Virus record (IMG/VR): IMGVR_UViG_3300036790_000232
Coordinates: 1 to 53,085 of that record
Source: a virus
Lineage: Duplodnaviria > Caudoviricetes
DNA length: 53,085 bases
Reading direction: 5' to 3' (one strand)
Below are positions 42,984 through 52,279 of this stretch, piece after piece. The notes beneath the pieces are model-generated. The model worked only from the letters and a program-made list of their open reading frames with translations, ran no database searches and was not told the origin of the DNA. Each line of letters starts with the position of its first letter. Positions within the stretch are counted from its first letter, which is position 1. A program made the translations under genes and the position numbers.

Positions 42984-45086
42984 TCATGGCCGCCTCGCGG
43001 CGGCTAGGTCGGCCTTCTTGCACCCCTTGCGGTTGCTGCCAGCACGGCCGGGAGGCCACCGGACATCGGTGCTCGGCACGCCCCGGCCGCGCGCCGCGGC
43101 GCTCACCGACTCGGTGGTCGCGTCCGCGTGCCGCATCGGCCACCGCTTCTCAAGCCGCTCGGCGGCCGTCTCCCACCACAGCCCGGAGTCGCCCTCCATC
43201 ACGGCCAGGAGGTCGGCGACAATGTCCGACTCGGGCTCGTCGACCTCGAAGCCGGCCGCGTCACCGGACAGCGTGCGGTTCTTCTCCCGCAGCTTCCGCC
43301 CGGCGAGGCAGATGACCTCCGCGTCCTCGCCGTCGGCCAGGTAGGTCCGCACCGTGGGGGCGTCGTCCATCAGGGCGTACAGGATCCCGACGCCCTTGGC
43401 GTCGAGCGGCAGCCCGGAGGCGTCGTAGCCCTCGCCGTAGGATTCGTTGCCCATGACAGCCATGGACACGTCGCGGGTCGCGCACCGCAGCGCGAACCGG
43501 ACGATGAAGTTGTCGCGGAAGCGGGTGAACAGCCGCTGCACGTCGCCCGCGCCGACCTGGGCCGGCTTCTGGGAGGCGCCCACCAGGATCACCCCGGCCG
43601 ACGGGCCCAGCGCCCCGATCCGGGCCAGCAGGTTCGCGAACTCCTTGTTCTTCTTCTGGTCGTCCAGCTCGAAGTAGACCTGGAACTCTTCCAGGATCAC
43701 CACCTTGACGTGCAGGTCAGGACGCTTGTACAGCTGATCGGTCAGCTTCCCGTACGGGCATTCCGCTACCGTCAGCTTCTTTAGCTCGTCGTTCACGTGC
43801 ACGATGTGCTGGTCGATCTCGTACAGGGCGTCGAGGGCGCGCTGCACCGGGTCGCCGTCCTTCGTCGGGTGGGTGCCCTGGATGAACCGGTGCGCCACGT
43901 ACCGGAGTGACGGCCAGTCCGGGCTGGACTTGCCGTCGATCAGGATGATGTCGACGAACGGGTCCAGGGTCGCCCACAACGCGACCAGGCGGGCGGTGAA
44001 CGTCTTGCCCTTCCGGGGCTGCGCGCCGATCAGCAGCGACAGCCACATCAGGCAGAACGCGACCTTGCGGCCGAACTGGTCGAGCCCGAGCGGCATCTTC
44101 TGCCAGATGGACCGCTGCTTGCAGTCGAGCAGCGGCGTGCGCCCGGCGGCCTCGGACAGCGGGTCCGCGTCGAGGACCCGCACCGTGTGCCGCCGCTCGG
44201 ACTTCTTGTCGCGGGTGAAGTAGACCTGCGACTCGGCCACGTCCAGCCCGGACGCGATCTTGGACTTGGCGTTGACCACCGCGGCGAACGTGCCGCCGTA
44301 CGGCAGGATCACCACGACCTGGCTGCTCTTGTCGAGCACGTCACGGGACATCGTCGACCCGAACCCGAGGTGATCGGCCGTCTTCTTCGGGTCGGTCGAG
44401 CACAGGCCGGCGGCCTCGTAGGCGCGGATGATCCCGTCGCCGTTGATCTTCCGGATCAGCGGCGTCGTCACCGCGGACTGGACGATCGGCCGGTGCTTTG
44501 GCCTGCCCGCGTGAGCGAGCGGCGGCATGGCCACCGCGGCGACGATGAGCCACGCCCACCAGGGGGCGAACGCTGCGATCAACGTGAACGTGAGCAGGAT
44601 CGCGAACGCCTCAAGGCCGACCACGAATCCCCGCACGCGGCGGGTCTTGCGGGCCGCGGCCAGCAGGGCGCGGTACTCCGGCGAGTTACCCTCGACCACG
44701 GCCTTCGACCGCAGGTAGCCGTGCTCGGCCAGCCACCACCAGCTGACCTGCCGGCGAGTGAGCTTGACTGCGCCGACGCACGCCCAGACCGTGCCCATGA
44801 CCAGGTACATCGGGACGCGCAGCAGGTGGAACGCAGTGTGGAAGCGGGCGGCGTCACCGTGCTTGCCCGCCGTGCTCTTGATGCCCTTCCAGGTGCGGAG
44901 GTGCGCCGGGATGATCAGCTTGCGTTCCCCGCCGAGGGAGGGGATCTCGATTCCGTCGCCGTCGTGGACGGGCTCGGGCTTGGGTGCGGTCTCGTCCAGG
45001 GCGTGCTCGAAGGAGGTGTCGCGGGGGACCAGGTGCAGGTCCGGCACCGCGCCCTCGTCGTCGCCGGGGTGCAGCCGGGTCACCAT
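42984..45086 (-). CDS. FtsK/SpoIIIE-family DNA translocase (TraB-like)
   Basis: N-terminal TM segments; Walker A LIGAQPRKGKT; IDGK; Walker B VILEEFQ; ASQKP; RFALR. Confidence 0.9.
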   Translation of the reverse strand: MVTRLHPGDDEGAVPDLHLVPRDTSFEHALDETAPKPEPVHDGDGIEIPSLGGERKLIIPAHLRTWKGIKSTAGKHGDAARFHTAFHLLRVPMYLVMGTVWACVGAVKLTRRQVSWWWLAEHGYLRSKAVVEGNSPEYRALLAAARKTRRVRGFVVGLEAFAILLTFTLIAAFAPWWAWLIVAAVAMPPLAHAGRPKHRPIVQSAVTTPLIRKINGDGIIRAYEAAGLCSTDPKKTADHLGFGSTMSRDVLDKSSQVVVILPYGGTFAAVVNAKSKIASGLDVAESQVYFTRDKKSERRHTVRVLDADPLSEAAGRTPLLDCKQRSIWQKMPLGLDQFGRKVAFCLMWLSLLIGAQPRKGKTFTARLVALWATLDPFVDIILIDGKSSPDWPSLRYVAHRFIQGTHPTKDGDPVQRALDALYEIDQHIVHVNDELKKLTVAECPYGKLTDQLYKRPDLHVKVVILEEFQVYFELDDQKKNKEFANLLARIGALGPSAGVILVGASQKPAQVGAGDVQRLFTRFRDNFIVRFALRCATRDVSMAVMGNESYGEGYDASGLPLDAKGVGILYALMDDAPTVRTYLADGEDAEVICLAGRKLREKNRTLSGDAAGFEVDEPESDIVADLLAVMEGDSGLWWETAAERLEKRWPMRHADATTESVSAAARGRGVPSTDVRWPPGRAGSNRKGCKKADLAAARRP

Positions 45087-45265
45087 GCGAACCGCCTCCT
45101 GACGGGCTGGACGCCCCACCCGCACTCGGCCACCAGGATCGCGATGGACAGCCCGAGCGCCGCGAGGATCACGACGATGACGGCCGCGGCGACCGCGAGC
45201 GCCAGGTGCACGCCGAGGAAAGCCGCGGCGGCCGCCAGGACGGCGGCGAGGGCGCGGGCGATCAT
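45080..45265 (-). CDS. Small hydrophobic protein
   Basis: Two TM segments; ATGA overlap. Confidence 0.6.
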   Translation of the reverse strand: MIARALAAVLAAAAAFLGVHLALAVAAAVIVVILAALGLSIAILVAECGWGVQPVRRRFAW

Positions 45266-45942
45266 GACGCGCTCCCGTTCAGCGCCTGGAGGATCTCGTC
45301 GCCCGGCTCGCCGTGCGCCGCGATGACCAGCTGGCGGACGGTGTCGTGGTGGACGTCGAACGCCGCCCCGATTCCCCGGTAAGAGGGATTCGCGCCCAGG
45401 CAGTCGCGCAGGTGCAGGTAGGCGTCAAGTAGCCGCTCGTCGCGGTCGCCCGCCACCCCGTGCCCGCATCCGACGGTCACGGTAGCGGCGGCCGGGACGG
45501 AGGGGGTGACACCGTCCCGGCCGCGCCTGACGAGCCCCGCGAGGGACTCAAGTGCGAGGGTGAACGCCAGTGCAGGCCACCCGTTGACCAGCCACTTCGG
45601 CACGTCGTGCGGGTTGCCCGCCGCCACGTTCAGGGCGAGGGTGACCACGATGCCGACACTCAGCGCCACCATCGTCAGCCGCGGCCGGCCAAGGCCCGCG
45701 CGGGACGCGGCGAGCAGGTCGGCCGACGCGCCGAGGATGACGAGGTCCGCCAGTGCGGGCACGAGGTACGACACCGGCGGCCGGGCACCGGAGGCGTCCA
45801 CCACGGCGAAGGCGTGGAAGTAGCTGGCGACCCCGGCGATAAGGGAGACGCCGCCAAGGGCCAGCCAGCCGACGACACGCGGCGCGCGGGCGGCGCGGCC
45901 TGGCGCTGTAGCGGCTGCTGGGGGGGAATCTGTAGGCTCCAT
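45262..45942 (-). CDS. DUF2637 (SpdA-like) membrane protein with C-terminal HTH-like tail
   Basis: IAG.ASY.H...P...D..I..AS...TL.LNVA...V.GWP.LA...A.E. Confidence 0.8.
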   Translation of the reverse strand: MEPTDSPPAAATAPGRAARAPRVVGWLALGGVSLIAGVASYFHAFAVVDASGARPPVSYLVPALADLVILGASADLLAASRAGLGRPRLTMVALSVGIVVTLALNVAAGNPHDVPKWLVNGWPALAFTLALESLAGLVRRGRDGVTPSVPAAATVTVGCGHGVAGDRDERLLDAYLHLRDCLGANPSYRGIGAAFDVHHDTVRQLVIAAHGEPGDEILQALNGSAS

Positions 45943-46142
45943 CTGGGCCTCTCCTGGTGATGTCAGGTTGTAGGTGAGGGCTTCGCCCCCGGGGCGTCAG
46001 GTTGGTTCGCAGCCACCTGGCGCCCCGCCGTCGTTTTATGGCGGCGTCAAGTGCAAATGTACGCCGCAATATGGAGCGGTGTATAGCGGCATGCCGCTCC
46101 CTGGGTATATAGGCAGCTCAAGGGGGTGACAGGGTGCGGTGC

Positions 46143-46376
46143 ATGGCAGAGGAGATCGGCTACGAGTGGCAGCGGGTGGCGGCCGACGTCGAGCGGCGCA
46201 TCGCCAGTGGCGAGCTGCCGCCCGGCTCGATGCTGCGCGGGGAGCGCGCCATGGCCGAGGAGTACGGCGTCGCCCTCGGCACCGTCCGCCGTGCCATCAG
46301 GGACCTGCGAGACCGCGGGCTCGTCGTCACGCTCCCGCACAAGGGCACCTTCGTGGCGGCACGGCCGGCCGAGTGA
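46143..46376 (+). CDS. GntR-family winged-helix regulator
   Basis: I.SGELPPG..L..ER.MAEEYGVA.GTVRRA...LR..GLV.T....GTFV. Confidence 0.9.
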   Translation: MAEEIGYEWQRVAADVERRIASGELPPGSMLRGERAMAEEYGVALGTVRRAIRDLRDRGLVVTLPHKGTFVAARPAE

Positions 46377-46459
46377 CCGGCTTACGGGGTGACCGGGGGT
46401 GTCCGGGTGTGTCCTGCGGTGGCAGGCCACCGCGTGACACGGTCGGCCACGCTCTCTGC

Positions 46460-46699
46460 ATGCGACAGATCGACCGGGCGTCGCGCGTGCCCCCGTGGCA
46501 GCAGATCGCTAGCCACCTGCGCGCCGAGATCAAGGCCGGCCGCTACAGCCCCGACGGCCCGGCCCTGCCGTCCGTCACCACGCTCAGCCAGGAATGGGAC
46601 GTCGCCAGGAGGACGGCCAACAAGGCGCTGCGGCAGCTCGCCGCGGAGGGGCTGATCGAGGTCGAGGCAGGAATGGGCTACTACCTCAGGAAGCGCTGA
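46460..46699 (+). CDS. Second GntR-family winged-helix regulator
   Basis: PPWQQIA..LR..I..G...LPS...L.QEW.VAR.TA.KAL..L..EGLI....GMG. Confidence 0.9.
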   Translation: MRQIDRASRVPPWQQIASHLRAEIKAGRYSPDGPALPSVTTLSQEWDVARRTANKALRQLAAEGLIEVEAGMGYYLRKR

Positions 46700-46716
46700 G
46701 CCCCCGGTCGGCGGCG

Positions 46717-46934
46717 GTGCACATGCAGTGCACATGAGTAATACCTAATAGTACCGGATAAGAAACAATAAGAATTAATAGTTTCGCAGACCAGATAAGG
46801 CGAATCGAAAACGCGGGCCTCTGGCCTGCACCGGCTCAATCCCGCTCCCTATTACCGGGTCAAGTGCTGCTACACCACCCTGGCCAGCGGTGACGTCCGG
46901 TTACCCGCTTCCGGTTGCACAGACCGTGCACATG
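46717..46934. other. Putative attP region with arm-type repeats
   Basis: GTGCACATG at 46717, 46728, 46926 and a variant at 46915, flanking an AT-rich stretch at the integrase 3' end. Confidence 0.65.
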
Positions 46935-48231
46935 CACCGAGGAAAGCGGCCGACGCCGCGCGGCCCGCGTCCTCGCCGTCGTGGTCGTCCGGCATCAGGT
47001 GAAGGTAGGCCTGCGTCACCATCTCGACCGTGTCGCCCAGCCACGCCGCGGCCCGCACGACGTCGATGCCCCCGCGCAGCCACGCCGACGCGGCGGTGTG
47101 CCGCGTCCGGTGGATGCCGTAGCCCCGCGCCAGCGCCCGGCGCCCGCCCAGCACCTGCGGCGCCCGCCAGCGGCTCACCCCGGTACGCCACGCCGCGTCC
47201 ATGACGTTCCTGCCGGCGGCCGTCCCGTCCTCGTGCGACAGCACCAGGCGCACCGTGACCAGCGTGCCGTGGAGCTTCGACCCCGGCTCGTGCCACGGCA
47301 GCGTCACCGCCAGCGGCGGGAACCGCTCCGCGTGCGCGTCGATCCGCTCGACCAGCTCGGGCGGCACGGGCACGTCGTGCGGCTTCTTGTTCTTCACCGG
47401 CCCGAAGCGCAGCTCCCCGCCGATTTCCTTGAGCTGGCGCGTGACGCGGACCTTCGGCTTCTTCCCGCGGACGATGTCGTCGGCACCCAGGCCGGCCATC
47501 TCCATCTCGCGCATGCCGGTGCCCGCGCCCAGGTAGGGGACGAGCCCGAAGCGCTCCGGCATGCACGCGGCGATCCCCGCCACCTCGGCCGGCGCGTATG
47601 GCTGCGCCTCGCCGCCGCCCTTCCCCGGCCGGTCCACCGCCTTCGACTTGACTGGGTCGCGGCCGACGATCCCGTCCTCGGCCGCGGCCTGGAAGACGGC
47701 TGAGACGTCGCCCATCACCAGGCGCCTGGAGCTGTCGGCCAGCGGCATCGCGGCGGCCCACGCGGCGACGATGCTCGGGCGCGCGGCGAGCAGCCCCATC
47801 GGGTACTGGCCGATCGCCGCGCCGCCCTTGGGTGTCTTCCCGCTGCCCGGCTCGCCCTCGTAGACGTGGCAGCGCAGGCGCGCCTCCAGCCCGGCCGCGG
47901 CCGACTCGCCGTGCTTGCGCGACTTGCGCCACTGCTCGGCGTACGCCCGCAGCGTCACCTCCCCTGCGTCGGGGTCGGTGTAGGTGCGGGTGTCGATCTC
48001 CCGCCGGATCTTGACGTCGAACGCCTCGGCGTGGAGCTCGGGGTTCTTGCCCTCCCTGAGGGCGAAGTTCCTTGCCTTCTGCTTCCCGGTGACCGGGTCG
48101 CGCCAGCGGACCTGCCAGCGGTCACCGCGCTGGTGGTCCCTGCCGGGGTAGAGCTTGTTGCGCCCGCGCCCGCAGTGGCACGGCTGGCCGCCGTCCCGCT
48201 GGTCGCGGTGCCACCTGTCGTAGACGGCCAT
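46870..48231 (-). CDS. int: Tyrosine integrase
   Basis: TGMR..E..GL, HRTRHT.AS, A.WLGD, AY.H motifs; RWQVRWRDP arm-binding domain. Confidence 0.95.
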   Translation of the reverse strand: MAVYDRWHRDQRDGGQPCHCGRGRNKLYPGRDHQRGDRWQVRWRDPVTGKQKARNFALREGKNPELHAEAFDVKIRREIDTRTYTDPDAGEVTLRAYAEQWRKSRKHGESAAAGLEARLRCHVYEGEPGSGKTPKGGAAIGQYPMGLLAARPSIVAAWAAAMPLADSSRRLVMGDVSAVFQAAAEDGIVGRDPVKSKAVDRPGKGGGEAQPYAPAEVAGIAACMPERFGLVPYLGAGTGMREMEMAGLGADDIVRGKKPKVRVTRQLKEIGGELRFGPVKNKKPHDVPVPPELVERIDAHAERFPPLAVTLPWHEPGSKLHGTLVTVRLVLSHEDGTAAGRNVMDAAWRTGVSRWRAPQVLGGRRALARGYGIHRTRHTAASAWLRGGIDVVRAAAWLGDTVEMVTQAYLHLMPDDHDGEDAGRAASAAFLGACARSVQPEAGNRTSPLARVV

Positions 48232-48530
48232 TAGCGGAACTTCGTGACCGATCGCTTAGACCGCTTGCGGCTGGCGTAGACGGGATACCACAGGCCGCAC
48301 GAGCAGATGATCATGCACCAGTGGAACATCTCTTCCCCGTAGCCGAGCTTGCCCTGGGTGACGGCGCGGCGCGGGCCGTTCTGGCTGACGTTCACCTGGA
48401 CGGGCGGCTGCTGCCACTGCTGTGGCTGCTGGTACCCGTAGGGCTGCTGCTGCGGCTGGTACTGGGGTGGCCTTTGAGTGCGACTGGAATGCGAATTCGG
48501 GTAACCCTGAGATGGCTGCCACTGGTTCAT
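48231..48530 (-). CDS. Gln/Pro-rich small membrane protein (lysogenic conversion/exclusion candidate)
   Basis: FHW.MIICSCGLW.PVY; TAATG coupling to int. Confidence 0.65.
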   Translation of the reverse strand: MNQWQPSQGYPNSHSSRTQRPPQYQPQQQPYGYQQPQQWQQPPVQVNVSQNGPRRAVTQGKLGYGEEMFHWCMIICSCGLWYPVYASRKRSKRSVTKFR

Positions 48531-48699
48531 CGTGCCCCGCTCCTGTTGATGATCTTGGCTGGTCACAGTGTGACTAGGGTGACCGGGTTATTTTGATGGT
48601 GACCACTTGTGTGCGTGCAATAACACGAGTACTTTAGCGAACCGAAAGGAAACTGTAAGTTAATTTACTCATTTCGCCATTGCCAAGGGGTGGGGACTC

Positions 48700-48978
48700 A
48701 TGCGGCTGCGGCTGCTTTTGTCGACGGTAATTCTCAGTACGGGCGCGCTCGCCCTGTGGGCGGGCGCTGCTGCCACGACGTGGGCGGACTTCCTCTCGGG
48801 GCGCGGGCTCACCATCGAGTGCGTAGGCGCGGGCGTGCTCACCCTGCTCGCGGACAGGCGCTGGAGCGAGAGGTGCAACCGCGACCGCACGATGCTCTAC
48901 CTGATCAACCGCGCCGTGACTAGCCGGCGTGCTGCTCAGACGGAGGAAGTTCCTCTCCGCGTCGCTCGCGGTCGATAG
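48700..48978 (+). CDS. Hypothetical membrane protein
   Basis: Two hydrophobic segments; converges on the repressor gene. Confidence 0.45.
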   Translation: MRLRLLLSTVILSTGALALWAGAAATTWADFLSGRGLTIECVGAGVLTLLADRRWSERCNRDRTMLYLINRAVTSRRAAQTEEVPLRVARGR

Positions 48979-49324
48979 CCTCTAGTGCCTCGATGGCCTT
49001 GCGCTGCCGCTCAGGCGAGTAGTTCCGCCTGATCACCCGCAGCACTTCAGGCGGGATCGTGGAGTCCGGACCCCGCTCCACGGGATCGCTGTAGTAGTGC
49101 CACGCCTTTAGCAGCTGGTCGGCCAGCTCCGGGCTGTCACCGCGGACGGCATCGGAAAGGCTCCGGACGGCAGACCAGCCGGGCAGGTGAGTGCCCTTGG
49201 CCCACCTGCTGGCAGCCGACCCGTCACGCCCGGCCAGGTGCCCTATCTGGGTCCTGGTGCGGCCGGTCTTCTCGATAGCGGCGATCACGGCGGCTAGCCG
49301 AGGGTATTTCACCGTCGCTTGCAT
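48920..49324 (-). CDS. Immunity repressor (XRE-like HTH)
   Basis: GRTRTQIGHLAGRDGSAASRWAKG.H.P; divergent from a Cro-like gene. Confidence 0.75.
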   Translation of the reverse strand: MQATVKYPRLAAVIAAIEKTGRTRTQIGHLAGRDGSAASRWAKGTHLPGWSAVRSLSDAVRGDSPELADQLLKAWHYYSDPVERGPDSTIPPEVLRVIRRNYSPERQRKAIEALEAIDRERRGEELPPSEQHAG

Positions 49325-49417
49325 ACGTGCAATTTAACACGCGCGCATGCACTTGCAAGAGTGCAACAGGACTGCAATTTTGCGCACGCCTACGCGGCTT
49401 GACTTGCATGTATGCAA
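49319..49417. promoter_or_regulatory. Three TTGCA-N4-TGCAA operator palindromes
   Basis: 49319-49332, 49353-49366 and 49404-49417 between the divergent HTH genes. Confidence 0.75.
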
Positions 49418-49494
49418 CCAACTAGCGAAGCACCTGGTCACAACTTGCATGAAGGACTTGCACGCGTACATGCAGGACTGGCAGGATGTCTCCC

Positions 49495-49743
49495 ATGCAC
49501 CCCACAGCACCACTCCTGCCAGGGCCCTACGTGCGGCTCCGGATCGAGCGGTTCGACAAGCGGGCCGCTGAGCTGGGACTGGCCAACGAAACGCAGATCG
49601 CCGAGCGGCTAGGCGTCCACCTGGCCACCGTCAACCGCGTCCGCGCCGGCCAGGTCGTCGCCGGCCACCGGTTCATCGCGGCGGTAGTCAGCGAGTTCGG
49701 GCTGCCCTTCGAGCAGCTCTTCGAGATCGCGAGCGCGCCCTGA
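49495..49743 (+). CDS. Cro-like HTH protein
   Basis: ETQIAERLGVHLATVNRVRAG...FIA......F..LFE. Confidence 0.8.
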   Translation: MHPTAPLLPGPYVRLRIERFDKRAAELGLANETQIAERLGVHLATVNRVRAGQVVAGHRFIAAVVSEFGLPFEQLFEIASAP

Positions 49744-49946
49744 TGGCCGCCGTCCGGCACCTGACCGAGGCGGAGTTCGCCGAGCGCGAGGGCGTCGACG
49801 AGGAGACCGCCAAGAAGTGGCGGAAGAACGGCACCGGGCCGCGGTACCTCCAGCTCACCAAGAGCGCGACCAAGGGCACCGTCCGCTACCGCGAGGCCGA
49901 CGTCGAGGCGTGGGAGCTAGAGCGCCTCGTCCCCGCCACCGCCTAG
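49743..49946 (+). CDS. Excisionase/AlpA-like HTH protein
   Basis: LTE.EFA...GV...T...WR..G.GP.Y...VRY...DVEAW. Confidence 0.85.
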   Translation: MAAVRHLTEAEFAEREGVDEETAKKWRKNGTGPRYLQLTKSATKGTVRYREADVEAWELERLVPATA

Positions 49947-50053
49947 AACGCGGCAGCCCCCGGTGCACGGGGGCCGCCAGCAGTGGCAGCCGCTAGCTGC
50001 CAGCCCGGCGGGAGAACGCCACGCCGGTCACATCAAGGTAACAGGAGAACGCA

Positions 50054-50683
50054 GTGAAAGAACCGACCAAGGCAGACCTGGCCACCGCAGTCGCGAAGCT
50101 GACCGAGGAGAACGCGGGCCTGCGCGACCTGCTCGCAGCGGTCAGCCTGGCGGCCGACACGGTGCCGGTAGCCAGGGGCGCCGGCTACATCGACGAGTGG
50201 AAGCGCTCCACCCACGTGCTGTCCGTCATCAAGCACGCCGCCGCGCTCAGCGACTGGAACGGCTACCTCGCGTGGGCTGCCGGGGAGGTGCGCTCGCTCG
50301 CCGCCGAGCCGGTCGGCTACGAGGTGCACGTCAAGCCGGAGCCCGTCAGTGACGCTGAGGCAGCCGGGATCCTGGTCGCGTCGATCATCACCGGCACGCC
50401 GCTGGTGGTCACCGGCGACGAGCCCGAGTACCCGGCCGTCGGCAGCGCCATCCCGCCCGAGAGCAACGGCGGCCAGTCCGGCTACCGCGTCGGCGAGTGC
50501 GGGCACCGCGTCGCCGGGTCCGAGTGGCAGGCCGGTTTCCGCCGGTGCGAGCACTGCGGGCCAGACCTCGGCGACGACGAGCGCGAGTACTGCCCGGAGT
50601 GCGGAGCCGACGAGGACGCCGGCGAAGAGCACGCGGACAAGTGCACGATCGGTGACGAGGCTGCCGCGAGCGTGTCCGCATGA
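50054..50683 (+). CDS. Hypothetical protein with C-terminal Cys motifs
   Basis: AGGAGA RBS; CGH...CEHC...CPEC. Confidence 0.65.
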   Translation: MKEPTKADLATAVAKLTEENAGLRDLLAAVSLAADTVPVARGAGYIDEWKRSTHVLSVIKHAAALSDWNGYLAWAAGEVRSLAAEPVGYEVHVKPEPVSDAEAAGILVASIITGTPLVVTGDEPEYPAVGSAIPPESNGGQSGYRVGECGHRVAGSEWQAGFRRCEHCGPDLGDDEREYCPECGADEDAGEEHADKCTIGDEAAASVSA

Positions 50684-51210
50684 CCGCCGTGCCGCTGCTC
50701 GACTCCCACAAGGGCTGCCACTGCCGCAAGCCCGTCTCCCCGGTCGCCTCATTCTTCCGCCGCGCGATTGCGGCCGTGCGGCGGAGGCTGGCCGTTCCTG
50801 CTGCTATCGCGACAGCAGGGGCGGCCACGACGCTGCTCACTCCGCCGGACGGCCAGCCTGTGCTCCGCGACCGGATGCTGTCCGAGGTCCGCGCCGAGCA
50901 CGACCTGCTGTCCACCGCCGAGCTTGCCGCCCTGCACCCGCGCGGCCGGCACCCGTACCCAGCACCGCCCGTCAGGCTGCCGCGCCCCGGCGGCGAGATC
51001 GTCATCGACGAGCGCGGCCACGTCTCGGTGTGCCCGTGGCCGGCCGCGCAGCCGCCCGCCTTTGCGCGACCGCCGGAGCCGGAGCGGGCCGACGTGACGA
51101 GCGTCGACCTGAACCGCGCCCGGCCGTACGTACCCGCGCCCGCCTACGGGCAGGCTCCCGTCGCGCGGGTGCTGGAAGCCGAGCGGCTGGCGGGGGCGAT
51201 GCGGCCGTGA
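50680..51210 (+). CDS. Hypothetical Pro-rich protein
   Basis: ATGA overlap. Confidence 0.55.
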   Translation: MTAVPLLDSHKGCHCRKPVSPVASFFRRAIAAVRRRLAVPAAIATAGAATTLLTPPDGQPVLRDRMLSEVRAEHDLLSTAELAALHPRGRHPYPAPPVRLPRPGGEIVIDERGHVSVCPWPAAQPPAFARPPEPERADVTSVDLNRARPYVPAPAYGQAPVARVLEAERLAGAMRP

Positions 51211-51407
51211 GCACCGCTTGGTACTGGCCCGACTGGGGCGCTTGCAGCGACCCGCCAGCGGAATCGTGCAGCGACCCCGGATGCCCCGTCCACGGCGAGT
51301 TGCCGGCCCCGGGCGACCAGGCCGGCAGCATCGCGGCGCAGGCCGCTATCGGCAGTCGGTGCACAAGCTGCAACCAGAAGCGCGTCAACTGCCGGTGCGC
51401 CTCATGA
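51207..51407 (+). CDS. Small Cys-rich protein
   Basis: CSDPGCPVHG...CTSC.....C.C; GTGA overlap. Confidence 0.55.
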   Translation: MSTAWYWPDWGACSDPPAESCSDPGCPVHGELPAPGDQAGSIAAQAAIGSRCTSCNQKRVNCRCAS

Positions 51408-51531
51408 CCGGCTACGAGGCCATCGTCGCCCTGGCCGCCATCGAGGGCGCGGTCAGGCTCTACCGCATCCGCGCGGAGAACAAGGCGGCCGCCGCCAAGA
51501 TCGCCGCCGCCACGGAACGGAGGGCTGCGCA

Positions 51532-51729
51532 GTGAGCACCGCAGACGTCACCCACTACCTCGGCCGGGCAGAAGTGGAATGTATCGCCGCTGGCCAGACA
51601 ACCATCTGCATGGGCTGCAAGGTGCTCAGACTGCGGAGGGACTTGAGCTTCGGCGATAACCGCCGGGACGCCGTGACCGAGTGGCGCGAAGAACTCGGCT
51701 ACGACCCGATCACAGGAGAGGTTCTGTGA
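51532..51729 (+). CDS. Hypothetical protein
   Basis: GGAGGG RBS; GTGA overlap. Confidence 0.5.
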   Translation: MSTADVTHYLGRAEVECIAAGQTTICMGCKVLRLRRDLSFGDNRRDAVTEWREELGYDPITGEVL

Positions 51730-51956
51730 CCACCCGCGAGAAGCAAGACCAGCTTGAGGCGTCCCTCTGGCGTTCCCTCGCCGCGCACAAGCGCCACGGC
51801 AACGACCGCCAGGCCTACGGCGAGATCACCGCCGCGATGAACGGCTACCTCGTCACCTTCGCCGAGCAGTACGTCGCCCGCATGACCCCCGAGCAGTGGC
51901 ACGCCCGGCTGCGGCTCGCCGAGGCCACCGCCGAGGCAGACCGGAGGGCGACCTGA
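51726..51956 (+). CDS. Hypothetical protein
   Basis: GGAGAGG RBS; GTGA overlap. Confidence 0.55.
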   Translation: MTTREKQDQLEASLWRSLAAHKRHGNDRQAYGEITAAMNGYLVTFAEQYVARMTPEQWHARLRLAEATAEADRRAT

Positions 51957-52279
51957 TGGGCGCCCTGGTCGCCGCCGCCGTGCTCGGCAGCGGCTTCTTC
52001 TCCAGCCTGTGGCAGCTCTCCGAGTCCCTGTGGGCGATCCCCGTCGCGGTCGCCGCGCTCTGCACCGCCGCCGTCGGCGTCCTCGTCTGGCGGGCGCGAC
52101 GGCGGCCGGTCAGCCCCGGAGACCCCCGCGACGAGCTCGGCGACGACACGATCGCCATGCTCAGGTACTGCCCGTGGTGTGAGCCGTTCCCGTCGCGCCC
52201 GGTCGGCGCGGGCGAGTGCACGTGCACCCGGCCGTGCGAGGGCGTCAGCTACTGCCTCGCGGCGGTGAGCCGTGGCTAG
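51956..52279 (+). CDS. Membrane protein with Cys-rich tail
   Basis: GGAGGG RBS; two TM segments; CPWC...CTC...C. Confidence 0.55.
   Translation: MGALVAAAVLGSGFFSSLWQLSESLWAIPVAVAALCTAAVGVLVWRARRRPVSPGDPRDELGDDTIAMLRYCPWCEPFPSRPVGAGECTCTRPCEGVSYCLAAVSRG

Noticed and set aside
49466-49476. Contiguous 11-nt match between joined array 3 NN bases (CCTGCATGTAC) and the minus strand of the immunity region
   Set aside because: About one such match is expected by chance over three guides and 106 kb of both strands, and the flanks do not extend.
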